Positions 1 through 8,338 of a DNA stretch of 64,000 bases are shown here, piece by piece (the stretch's first letter is position 1; each line of letters starts with the position of its first letter). Position numbers and translations under genes: made by a program. This DNA is from Planctomycetota bacterium. GTDB taxonomy: Bacteria > Planctomycetota > B15-G4 > SIAN01. The notes beneath the pieces are model-generated. The model searched no databases. It was not told where the DNA came from and worked only from the letters and a program-made list of their open reading frames with translations. Location: positions 10,867 to 74,866 of the forward strand of contig SIAN01000017.1 of assembly GCA_009691715.1 (NCBI GenBank), read 5' to 3'.

Positions 1-1383
1 GCGGAATGGCGGCGCCCCGAACGTCGGCCCGTGATCGCCATCGAGCGCCGTCGCGCTCCCGCTCGGACCGGGGGCACCGCCGTCGAGTCCCTCCTTCAAC
101 GTCGGTGTCGGCATGACCGGCGTCGGCATGACCGTCGTCGGCACGACCGGCGTCGCGCCGCTGGCGAGCCACTCTTCGAGGTGTGTCGTAGCCGCCGCGT
201 GTGCCTCTCCCAACGCCGTCTCGGCCGCCGCCACATTTTCACCGCGTCGCGCGAGCTCCGTCTCCTGCTCCGGCGTCGGCAGGCGCAGCGTCGGCGGCGG
301 CAGGGCGCCGGTCGCGTAGGGGTAGCTGCCGGCTTCGTCAATCGCGCCGAAGAAGGCGCCGAGCCGATGGAAATCGGACTGCGCGATCGGGTCGTACTTG
401 TGGTCGTGGCAGCGCGCACACTCGACGGTGAGTCCGAGGAACGCGGTGCCAAACGTCGCGACGCGATCGGCGATGGCCTCCTGGCGGAACTCCTCGTCGA
501 TCGAGCCGCCCTCGTTGGTCTGTCGGTGCAGCCGATTGAACGCGGTCGCGATCTGCTGCTCACGCGTCGCGTTTTGCAGCAGATCGCCAGCCAGCTGCTC
601 GCGCAGGAACTGGTCCCACGGCAGGTCGCGTTCAAATGCCCCAATCAGCCAATCGCGCCATGGCCACGTCCGGCACTCCCCGTCGCTCTGGTAACCGAAC
701 GTGTCGGCGTAGCGGGCGACATCGAGCCAGTCGGCCGCCATCCGTTCGCCGTAGCGCGGGGATGCGAAGAGACGGTCGAGCTGCCGTTCGTGCGCGCCAG
801 AGAGTGGGTCGGCCAGGAACGCGGCGGTTTCCTCCGGCGTTGGTGGCAAACCGTTCAACGCGAACGACGCGCGGCGCAACCAGGTCGCCCGATCGGACTC
901 CGGAGCGGGCGCGATCCCGTCCGCCTCGAGCGGCGCGAGCACGAAGCGATCAAGCGGATCGCGACACCATGCGGCGTCGCGAACGTCAGGCAACGGTGCC
1001 CGCTGCGGCGGCACGAACGCCCAGTGCGTCTCGTACTTTGCGCCGGACTCGATCCAACGCAGCAAAGTGTCGCGCTCGTGGGTCGAGAGCGGCCGGTGCA
1101 GCGTCTCCGGCGGCATCGCGCGCCGGTCGTCGTCGGTGGTGAGCCGCCGCGCCATTTCGCTCGCGGCGAGGTCGCCCGGGACAATCGCTCGCCGACCGCT
1201 CTTCAGCGTCGCGGTCGCCCCGTCGAACGTGTCGAGCCGGAGTCCGCGCTTGCGCGCCTCTTCATCAGGCCCGTGGCAGGCGAAGCAGCGATCGGCAAGC
1301 AATGGGCGCACTTCGCGCTGGAAGTCAGGCAGCGCGTCGCCGGAGAGTGCGAGCACCAGTGAAGGGAGGTCGCGCGGACGCAT
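1..1383 (-). CDS. PSCyt1/DUF1549-type (planctomycete cytochrome c domain) protein, N-terminal 461 codons; the C-terminus lies beyond the left window edge
   Basis: Absent from the ORF track because there is no stop in the window. Reverse translation from ATG 1383..1381 gives MRPRDLPSLVLALSGDALPDFQREVRPLLADRCFACHGPDEEARKRGLRLD (CxxCH). It continues LDRFVLAPLEADGIAPAPESDRATWLRRASFALNGLPPTPEE...RYGERMAADWLDVARYADT.GYQSD...CARCHDHKYDP, typical of DUF1549. GC3 is high throughout. Confidence 0.85.
   Translation of the reverse strand, partial: MRPRDLPSLVLALSGDALPDFQREVRPLLADRCFACHGPDEEARKRGLRLDTFDGATATLKSGRRAIVPGDLAASEMARRLTTDDDRRAMPPETLHRPLSTHERDTLLRWIESGAKYETHWAFVPPQRAPLPDVRDAAWCRDPLDRFVLAPLEADGIAPAPESDRATWLRRASFALNGLPPTPEETAAFLADPLSGAHERQLDRLFASPRYGERMAADWLDVARYADTFGYQSDGECRTWPWRDWLIGAFERDLPWDQFLREQLAGDLLQNATREQQIATAFNRLHRQTNEGGSIDEEFRQEAIADRVATFGTAFLGLTVECARCHDHKYDPIAQSDFHRLGAFFGAIDEAGSYPYATGALPPPTLRLPTPEQETELARRGENVAAAETALGEAHAAATTHLEEWLASGATPVVPTTVMPTPVMPTPTLKEGLDGGAPGPSGSATALDGDHGPTFGAPPFR
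106..150. repeat. 15-bp imperfect tandem repeat (cgtcggcatgaccgg-like x3) encoding VMPTP repeats in the DUF1549 protein
   Basis: tgtcggcatgaccgg cgtcggcatgaccgt cgtcggcacgaccgg. Confidence 0.75.
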
Positions 1384-1483
1384 GGCGGCGCATCGTACGC
1401 AGCGGTCAGGCGCTGCGGACCGCGCTACGATGCCGCGCCCGCTGATGCCGCGCTCCTACCTTCAAGAAGATCATTGCGAACCC

Positions 1484-3583
1484 ATGACCCGAGACGCCGT
1501 CCGCTTGCGCGCCATGGTCGCGCTCGTGCTGTCCTGCGCGGCGGCGCTGCGCTGCAACGCGACGGATCACGATGCTGCAACCAAGCGTTCCACGGAGTCC
1601 ACGATGGCCGTCGAATCGGCGCCGACCGACCTGATCGCCGCCAATCTCGATCCCGCGACCCGCCCCGCGCAGGACTTCTTCCAGTACGCGAATGGCGGCT
1701 GGCTGGCGAGGAACCCGATTCCGGCCAGCGAATCGGCGTGGACGATCGGCCATCTGGTCAACGAAGAGCTCTACCGGATCAAGCGCGAGATCGCGGAGAA
1801 GGCGGCCGCGCAGCTGGCGGCGCCGCGCGGGAGCGACGCGCAGAAGATCGGCGACTTTTGGGCGGCGGCGATCGAACCGGCGACCGCCGAGGCGATCGGC
1901 ATCGCTCCGCTCCAACCGTGGCTCGATCGGATCGCCGCCGTCGCCACTCCGGCCGACGCGATTGGCGTCGCAACCGAGCTGCAGGAGATCGGCGTCGAGG
2001 CGTTCTGGTCGTTTGGCGTCGGACAGGACCAGAAGCAGAGCGACGTGATGGCGGTGATGCTGAGCCAGGGCGGCCTCGGCCTGCCCGAACGCGACTACTA
2101 CTTCAACGCCGAGGAGGGCGTCGCCAAGGCGCGCACGGAGTATCCGAAGCACCTCGCGCGCCTTTTCATGCTGCTCGGCCAGGGAGCGCAAGCGGCCGCG
2201 AGCGCCGGTGATGCTGTGCTGGTCTTCGAGACGGCGCTCGCGCAGGCGAGCAAGCCGCTCGAGGCGCTGCGCGACCCGCACGCGAACTACCACAAGATGA
2301 GCGTGGCGACGTTCCACGAATACGCCCCGCACGTCGAGTGGCGCGCGCTCCTCGATCACCACGGCCTCGCGACGGCGGATGCGCTCATCGTCGGCCAGCC
2401 CGAGTTCTTCGTCGTGCTTGACGCTCTGCTGCAATCGACTCCGGTCGAGACGCTGCGCGCCTACCTCACGGCGCAGTTGCTGCACGAGTACGCCGCCTAC
2501 CTGCCGACGGCCTTCGACCTCGAGCACTTCGCCTTCTTCGGCCGCGAGCTGCAGGGCGCGAAGGAGCAGCGGCCACGCTGGAAGCGCGTGCTCGACGCGC
2601 AGGAGAGCGCGATGGGCATGGTGGTCGGCCGGCTGTTCGTGCAGGACTACTTCCCGGCGCCCACCAAGCAGCGCTACGTCGACATGGTCGAGGCCATCCG
2701 CACGACCTACCGCGAGCACATCGAGTCGCTCGACTGGATGAGCGCGACGACCAAGGAGAAGGCGCTCGCCAAGCTCGCGACCATGAAGAACAAGGTCGGC
2801 TTCCCCGACCGCTGGAAGGACATGAGCGCGCTCGAAGTCGCGCGCGACAGCTTCTGCGCCAACATGGTTCGCGCGGCCCGCTTCGACTTCGCCGACTCGA
2901 TCCAAAAGTTCGGCAAGCCGGTCGATCGCGACGAGTGGGAGATGACGCCGCAGACCTACAACGCCTACTACAACGCGTCCAACAACGAGATCGTCCTGCC
3001 GGCCGGCATCTTCCTGATCCCGGGCCTGAAGGACGCCGACGCCGACGACGCGGTCGTCTACGGCTACGCCGGCGCCAGCACGATCGGCCACGAAATCACC
3101 CACGGCTTCGACGACGAAGGCCGACAGTTCGACGCTGCGGGCAATCTGGTCGACTGGTGGACCGCGGAGGATGAGGCGCAGTTCAAGCGGCGCGCCGCGG
3201 TGATGGTGGCCCAGTTCGACGCCTACGAGCCGCTGCCGGGCCTCCACATCAACGGCGAGGCGACGCTCGGCGAGAACATCGCCGACTTCGGCGGCGTGGT
3301 GCTCGGGCTCGACGCATTCAAGAAGACGGCGCAGTACCGCGAGGGCAAGCCGATCGCGGGGCTGACGCCGACGCAGCGCTACTTCCTCGGCTACGCGCTC
3401 GGCTGGCTCGGCCATCCGCGCGAAGCGCGGCTGCGCCAGGCGCTTCTCTCCGACGTCCACTCGCCGGCCAAGTGGCGGGTGATCGGTCCGATGGTGAACG
3501 TGCCGGAGTTCATGCAGGCGTTCGACGTGAAGCCGGGCGATCCGATGTGGCGCGACGAGGCGGCGCGCGTCAGGATCTGGTGA
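1484..3583 (+). CDS. M13 family zinc metallopeptidase (neprilysin/PepO/ECE-like), secreted
   Basis: Same frame as track ORF 1067..3583, with the start moved to ATG 1484 (MTRDAVRLRAMVALVLSCAAAL, signal-like). Motifs FFQYANGGWL, HEITHGFDDEGRQFD (HExxH) and GENIADFGG. Confidence 0.93.
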   Translation: MTRDAVRLRAMVALVLSCAAALRCNATDHDAATKRSTESTMAVESAPTDLIAANLDPATRPAQDFFQYANGGWLARNPIPASESAWTIGHLVNEELYRIKREIAEKAAAQLAAPRGSDAQKIGDFWAAAIEPATAEAIGIAPLQPWLDRIAAVATPADAIGVATELQEIGVEAFWSFGVGQDQKQSDVMAVMLSQGGLGLPERDYYFNAEEGVAKARTEYPKHLARLFMLLGQGAQAAASAGDAVLVFETALAQASKPLEALRDPHANYHKMSVATFHEYAPHVEWRALLDHHGLATADALIVGQPEFFVVLDALLQSTPVETLRAYLTAQLLHEYAAYLPTAFDLEHFAFFGRELQGAKEQRPRWKRVLDAQESAMGMVVGRLFVQDYFPAPTKQRYVDMVEAIRTTYREHIESLDWMSATTKEKALAKLATMKNKVGFPDRWKDMSALEVARDSFCANMVRAARFDFADSIQKFGKPVDRDEWEMTPQTYNAYYNASNNEIVLPAGIFLIPGLKDADADDAVVYGYAGASTIGHEITHGFDDEGRQFDAAGNLVDWWTAEDEAQFKRRAAVMVAQFDAYEPLPGLHINGEATLGENIADFGGVVLGLDAFKKTAQYREGKPIAGLTPTQRYFLGYALGWLGHPREARLRQALLSDVHSPAKWRVIGPMVNVPEFMQAFDVKPGDPMWRDEAARVRIW

Positions 3584-4967
3584 GTCGCGGCGGAAAGGCG
3601 CGGGGAAGGGCGCGCAGCAGGGCGAGCCAGGTCGCGGGTACGACCGCGTCGAAGTGACCTGGAAACGGGATTTCGCCGATGCCCGATGCCGCGAGCGGCG
3701 CGATCGGCAGCCCGGCGAAGAAGATCGTCGCGGCGGCGCGGCGCACCAACCCCGTGACGCCAACAACGAGCAGTCCGACCAGCACCCACGCGCCGGTCCA
3801 CTGCCGCGACGCCCGCGCCCACGCGCGCACGAATCGCACCCGAGAATCCCCTTCGTCCGCGCGCGGCGGATAGGCGGGCAGGAGCGCTTCGGCGACGGCG
3901 AAGCGATCGAGCGACGCCGACCACGCTTCCACCGCGCGCCGGTGATTGGCGGCGAACGTCGCCGGTGAGATGCACCCGTTGAGCACGTAGTTCACGGGAT
4001 TGCGGCGCTCTAACGCTGACACCATCGACCCGACTGTCAACTTCACGCTTCGCCACGGATCGAGCCAGAGCGCCTGGCGCGCCACGCAACCGAGCAGTTC
4101 GTCGGCCTGCCGTTGGGACAGTCCCTCCTTCTCGCGCAACAAGCGATGGAGCCGCCAACCGGCCTGGGAGACCGCGAATACGTCGACGCCGTTCTCGCGC
4201 GCAAGTCGCTCGATTCGATGCGCTTCGGGCGTGTCGGCCAGCCGCTTCTCCACCGCCGCGACCCGGCAGAACAGGTGGATGCCGTCGCCGTCCACCATTG
4301 TGAACCGGCCGTACTCGAGGTTGTTCCGCGTCAGCACCAGCAGCAACATGGCCAGGAAGCCGCCGAGGAAATGGAGCAGCAGCCGGAGGTGGCGGCGCGG
4401 GCCGGTGCACAGCAACGCAACGACCGCTGCCGCAACCAGCGCGACCCCGGAGCTGCGCTGCGCCATCGCTCCAGCGGCGAGCGCGCCGGCGAGCCACCCG
4501 TGACTTGCGCTGCCGGACCGAAGCGCGCGCACAAACCAGAAGCCTGTCAGCGCGAGCAGGAACGCGAACAGGCTGTCACTCATCGCGCACTGCGCAGACA
4601 GCGAATTCGGCGCATGCAACGAGGCCAGCAAGCTCGCGACGAAACCGACGCGCGGTCGTCCGAGCTGTTCACCGCAGCGCAGCAGCAGCTAGGGGATGGC
4701 GGTCACGCAAAGCTGCTGCAACAGCACCAGCGCCACCATCCGCGCGCCCGCCGGCAGCAGCAGGCAGAGCGCGTCGAGCAGCAACGGGTAGGCCGGGTTG
4801 CGGGTCTGGAACGGGACCTCGAAACCCGCATGCGAAGTGTGGAAAAGGTAGCTGGCCGTGTCGGGGAAGAAGATGCCTCCCAGGCACGACAGCTCGATCG
4901 GCGCAGCAGACAACGCGATCGCGACTGGGAGCGCGCGCCACCGATTGGAGAGTCGCTGTTCGCTCAC
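3570..4967 (-). pseudogene. Multi-pass membrane protein, GT-C (ArnT/PMT-like) glycosyltransferase candidate, interrupted by one in-frame TAG
   Basis: Track ORFs 4689..4967 and 3570..4631 share one frame. The only interruption is TAG at 4691..4689, and the frame stays open: ...LLQQLCVTAIP*LLLRCGEQLGRPRVGFVASLLASLHAPNSLSAQ... The N-terminus has several TM segments (FFPDTASYLF), the middle is soluble and the C-terminus has TM segments. It lies 10 nt downstream of an ArnE-like remnant. Confidence 0.7.
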
Positions 4968-4977
4968 TTGCGTGAAA

Positions 4978-5292
4978 TCATCGGCGTGAAATCATTGCCG
5001 CCGCGAGCCGTGCGAGCAGCAGCCCCGCGACACGCCTCGACGGCAACGCCTCACCGAAGCAGACCCATCCGGCGATCACCGACAGCACCAGCGTGAGCAG
5101 GCAGGAGACCGGCAGCGCGACGGAAAGCTCGAGCCTTGCGAGTGCCTGGAACCACAGCAGTGTCCCGATCGCCAGCAGCCCGTCGCCGGCCCAGATCCAC
5201 GGCGAGCAAAACAGCGCGACGATCCAAGACCGTCCGGTCGCTTGGTCAAGCCGCCTGAGGCCGACTTTCGCCAGCGCCTGCCCCGCGACGCT
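4978..5292 (-). pseudogene. ArnE/ArnF-like (SMR/EamA small 4-TM) protein remnant lacking its N-terminus and start codon
   Basis: The minus-strand frame is open over 4978..5337 but has no ATG/GTG/TTG before the last TM. Translation: SVAGQALAKVGLRRLDQATGRSWIVALFCSPWIWAGDGLLAIGTLLWFQALARLELSVALPVSCLLTLVLSVIAGWVCFGEALPSRRVAGLLLARLAAAMISRR*. From the SVAGQ motif onward it resembles ArnE. The sequence upstream (PGCVRERASQVSPER) is non-hydrophobic and overlaps the start of the + strand gene at 5313. Confidence 0.55.
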
Positions 5293-5312
5293 TCGCTCCG
5301 GGGAGACCTGAG

Positions 5313-5918
5313 ATGCGCGCTCGCGGACACACCCTGGTCAAATCGGCGCTCTCGGTCACGATCTTCGCGGCGGTCGCCGGCGTCGCCTGCCTGATCGCAC
5401 GCGAGACGAGCGGCGCCTTGGCGCAGCAGTTCGACGCGAGCGTGGTGAGGCGCCACGTGAGCGGCACCTCGGCGCTGCTGCTGAACGAGTTCGGCGACGC
5501 CAACGCGACCAACCTCACGATCGATGGGCAATCGGCGCTCGGCGACACCGTCACCTTCGAGCTGCCGCTCGATCAGGTGAACGGCGCAGTCACTTGGCGC
5601 GCGCGCTCGAGCAGCGGCACCGCAGCGCGCGACCTGCCAGGCGGCAGAGCGAGCTACCTCGTCGTCGTCGCCGACGCCGCGCGCACCGACGTCTGCCGGC
5701 TGGTAAGGCGCGCCGTCGACGCGGCTGGGGCGACCGTCGGCGACGACCTCATCTTGGTCGACTCGATCGACGTCCCCGATGCAACGCAGGGCAAGGGGTT
5801 CACCATGACTCGCCAGGGCAACCTGTTGACGATTCGCGCGCGCACGACCCACGCGGTGGCGGGTGGCACTCCGGCACCGACGCACGACCTAGTGATCCGA
5901 TTGCGGAACGGCGGTTGA
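5313..5918 (+). CDS. Hypothetical protein with a degenerate prepilin/pseudopilin-like N-terminus
   Basis: ATG preceded by GGAGA. The N-terminus MRARGHTLVKSALSVTIFAAVAGVACLIA resembles the G/FTLIE hydrophobic pilin leader, but with H and K at the F1 and E5 positions. High GC3. Followed 20 nt later by a PilX-like gene. Confidence 0.75.
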   Translation: MRARGHTLVKSALSVTIFAAVAGVACLIARETSGALAQQFDASVVRRHVSGTSALLLNEFGDANATNLTIDGQSALGDTVTFELPLDQVNGAVTWRARSSSGTAARDLPGGRASYLVVVADAARTDVCRLVRRAVDAAGATVGDDLILVDSIDVPDATQGKGFTMTRQGNLLTIRARTTHAVAGGTPAPTHDLVIRLRNGG

Positions 5919-5938
5919 GGAATCAAAGGAGCATTCTC

Positions 5939-7852
5939 ATGCAACGACACTCGCAGCGCGGTGGCGCGCTGTTCGCGGCGCTGATCGCTACGACTTTCGC
6001 CGCCGGCCTCAGCTGGGCGGCGGTCTCGCTCACCAGCACGCAATGATGTGACGTCGCGCGTTCGCTCGAGTGCCTCGCGGCGCGAGCCGCGGCGGAAGCT
6101 GCCATCCATGACCGACTCGCCTTCATGCGCGACACGATCCGCCTCGATCCGTTCGACCCGATCGGGCAGCTCGACCAGCTCGCGTTCGTCGGTGGCGACC
6201 CGGCGCAGCCGCAAGTCGTCACGTTGGCCACCGACCGATCACTCGCACGCGCGGGCCGGACCTACGGCAGCTACAGCGTTGCCTTCACCACCCGCGTCAA
6301 CGGCGCGGGCCGCGAAGTGACGCTCACTGCCACCGGCTACGTGCCCGATCGCGCGACCGCGCGGGCCAAACAGTCGGTGAGCGTCGACGTCGCGGTCGAG
6401 CCGAGTCGCGTCTTCGACTACTCCTATTTCCTCAACAACTGGGGATGGTTCTACGGCGACACGATCAACGGCTACGGCAACGTGCGCTCGAACGCGCAGT
6501 TCGACGCCGCCGGCTACGAACCCGGCGTCTTCGGGACGCCGCGGTACGACGCGATGTCCCTGATCGATCCGACCCATCCCGATCTCGAGGGCTACCTCGA
6601 CGACAACGAAGACGGGGTGACCGACGGGAGCGATGGCGGGATCTACGCCGGCTGGGACATCGTCGGCGCCACCGAGGTGCGTGGGATGGGAGGGCTGCCC
6701 GAGAACCAGCACGACTTCGTTGAGCAGATGCCGATGCCGAACCTGAACGACCTCGCGTTCTACGCGGCGCGCGCGATCGCCGCGAACGGCAGCCTCGCGA
6801 TCGGCGGAGGACTCAGCGGAACCGGAGCGCCGCTGCCGCCGACCCCGGTCTGCGACGCCGTCCTTGGCAACGAAGTGGGCGAGAAGCAGCACGTGGTACT
6901 CATCGGAACTACCGCGAAGCGGATCCTGCTCTCCGGCTCGGTGGTCGTGCGGGGCGACGTCATCATCAAGGGTGTCGTAAGCGGTCAGGGAACGATCTAC
7001 TCCGGCCGCAACGTCTACGTCGCGCACGACCTCACCTACCTGACCGGGCCGACCTCCTACGCGCCGGCCAGCACGACCGAAACTGATACTGAGACTTGGC
7101 TCGCCGCCAACCGGAGCAAGGACTTCCTCGGCCTGTTCGCCAAGGAGAACGTCGTCCTCGGCAACTTCACCAACAGCACCTGGAAGAGCCACGTCGGTGG
7201 TTGGCTCGCCGACCCGATGAACACGAGCAAGGAAGACGCCGGCGCCGACCAACTGCCCAACACCGCGGCCGGGCGCGACGGCGTGCTCGGGACCGAAGAC
7301 GACGACACGCTCGAGGGTGACGGCATCTTCACCGTCGACTAGTACTCGCAAGCGGACGCCGCTCTCGGCCTGATCCCGGCCGGGAAGAACGTCGGCGACA
7401 CGATCCCGGGCAGCGGCGAGGACACGGACGGCGACGGCGTCTACGACGGCACGATCGGCCTTTCGGCGTTCGATCTTGCGGCCGCACTCGGCCCGACCGC
7501 ATGGGCGGGGAACCTGCCGGCGGGAGTCACCAAGTTTTCGTCGCTCTCGACGACCTTGATGAAGACCTCGATGAAGACCTCGATGAAGACCGTCCACGCC
7601 TCGCTCTACACCAATCACGCCGCTGCGCTGGTCACGCTCGCGTTCGGCTACGACTTCAAGTTGTTCGGATCGATGGTCTCGCGCAACGAGTCGATGATCT
7701 ACGGCACCAATTCGCTGAACCTCTGGCACGATCGGCGCCTCGCCTCCGGCGGGCTGTTCGGCACGATGTTGCCGCAGACTCCGGCGCCGCTGGTCATCCG
7801 GTCGTGGCGCATGCTGGAAAACGACGTCCAAGCCTCCTACGTGACGCCATGA
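5939..7852 (+). pseudogene. PilX/GspK-like minor (pseudo)pilin, large variant, with two in-frame stops (TGA 6044..6046, TAG 7340..7342)
   Basis: RBS AAGGAG at 5925..5930, then ATG at 5939. Three pieces share one frame: 5939..6046 (MQRHSQRGGALFAALIATTFAAGLSWAAVSLTSTQ*), 6125..7342 and 7556..7852. The read-through text is coherent: ...LTSTQ*CDVARSLECLAARAAAEAAIHDRLAFMRD... and ...TLEGDGIFTVD*YSQADAALGLIPAGKNVGDTIPGSGEDTDGDGVYDG... Confidence 0.75.
7552..7593 (+). repeat. 12-bp in-frame tandem repeat (gatgaagacctc, about 3.5 copies) encoding MKTS MKTS MKT
   Basis: Direct reading gives ttgatgaagacctcgatgaagacctcgatgaagaccgt, inside the PilX-like gene. Confidence 0.9.
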
Positions 7853-8337
7853 GCGCCGGCCACCAGCCGACACTTGCCGCCGCGTTCGCGGCGTCGTTCC
7901 TCTGGCTCGGCATCAACGCGATCTCGCTCACGACGCCGGCACAGGAGGAGGGCGATGAGCCGATCCGCCTGCGCGGCAAGACGATCGCGCTGCGCAACGA
8001 ACTCCATCGCGACCCGCCGGGCCTTTCCGGTCTCGAAGCGGGCGGCGACGGCTACCGCGTGGACCTGCCGATCCTGCGCAACGCGCTTGGGAGCGGCGCG
8101 GCAGTCGATCACGCCGAGCTGCATGCGCGGCAGCTCGCGATCCAATCGGGGGCGCGAATCGACCCGCCGGCGCCAGTCGCAGAGCGCGTGATCGAGGTGG
8201 CGGATGTTGCTGCCGGCGATCCGCCGGCAACTCCGGTGAAGATCGGCACGCCGATGCCGTGGATCATCGGATCGCTCGCGCTGCTCGCAACCGGTCTCGT
8301 CCGCCGGTTCACGAGACGCACGCACACCCCGCGGTAG
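7849..8337 (+). CDS. Secreted hypothetical protein with a PEP-CTERM-like C-terminal sorting tail (PMP variant)
   Basis: The ATG overlaps the upstream stop (ATGA). N-terminal signal-like segment MSAGHQPTLAAAFAASFLWLGINAISL. C-terminus ...GTPMPWIIGSLALLATGLVRRFTRRTHTPR, i.e. PxP, then a TM helix, then an Arg cluster. Confidence 0.75.
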   Translation: MSAGHQPTLAAAFAASFLWLGINAISLTTPAQEEGDEPIRLRGKTIALRNELHRDPPGLSGLEAGGDGYRVDLPILRNALGSGAAVDHAELHARQLAIQSGARIDPPAPVAERVIEVADVAAGDPPATPVKIGTPMPWIIGSLALLATGLVRRFTRRTHTPR

Positions 8338-8338
8338 T

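Noticed and set aside
1406-3766. Very long Arg/Ala-rich ORFs lying antisense to, or out of frame with, recognisable genes. Examples: 1406..3766(-), 8594..11815(-), 26912..29239(-), 40088..42481(+), 43176..45239(-), 49445..51403(-), 54207..55919(-), 55493..57109(-), 31..1362(+).
   Set aside because: These are typical shadow ORFs of a ~70% GC genome. They have no motifs and an Arg/Pro/Gly-rich composition. In every case the overlapping frame encodes a protein with clear family signatures.
5292-5340. A mobile element insertion at the truncation point of the ArnE-like gene.
   Set aside because: I could see no transposase, integrase, terminal inverted repeats, target-site duplication or tRNA. I report only a rearrangement junction.
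6044-6046. The in-frame TGA/TAG codons as programmed recoding (selenocysteine, pyrrolysine, or reassigned stop codons).
   Set aside because: Both TGA and TAG terminate many neighbouring intact genes. I saw no conserved hairpin (SECIS/PYLIS-like) after the stops. The sequence contexts differ, and the same genes also carry frameshifts. This remains a minority hypothesis, testable by proteomics.
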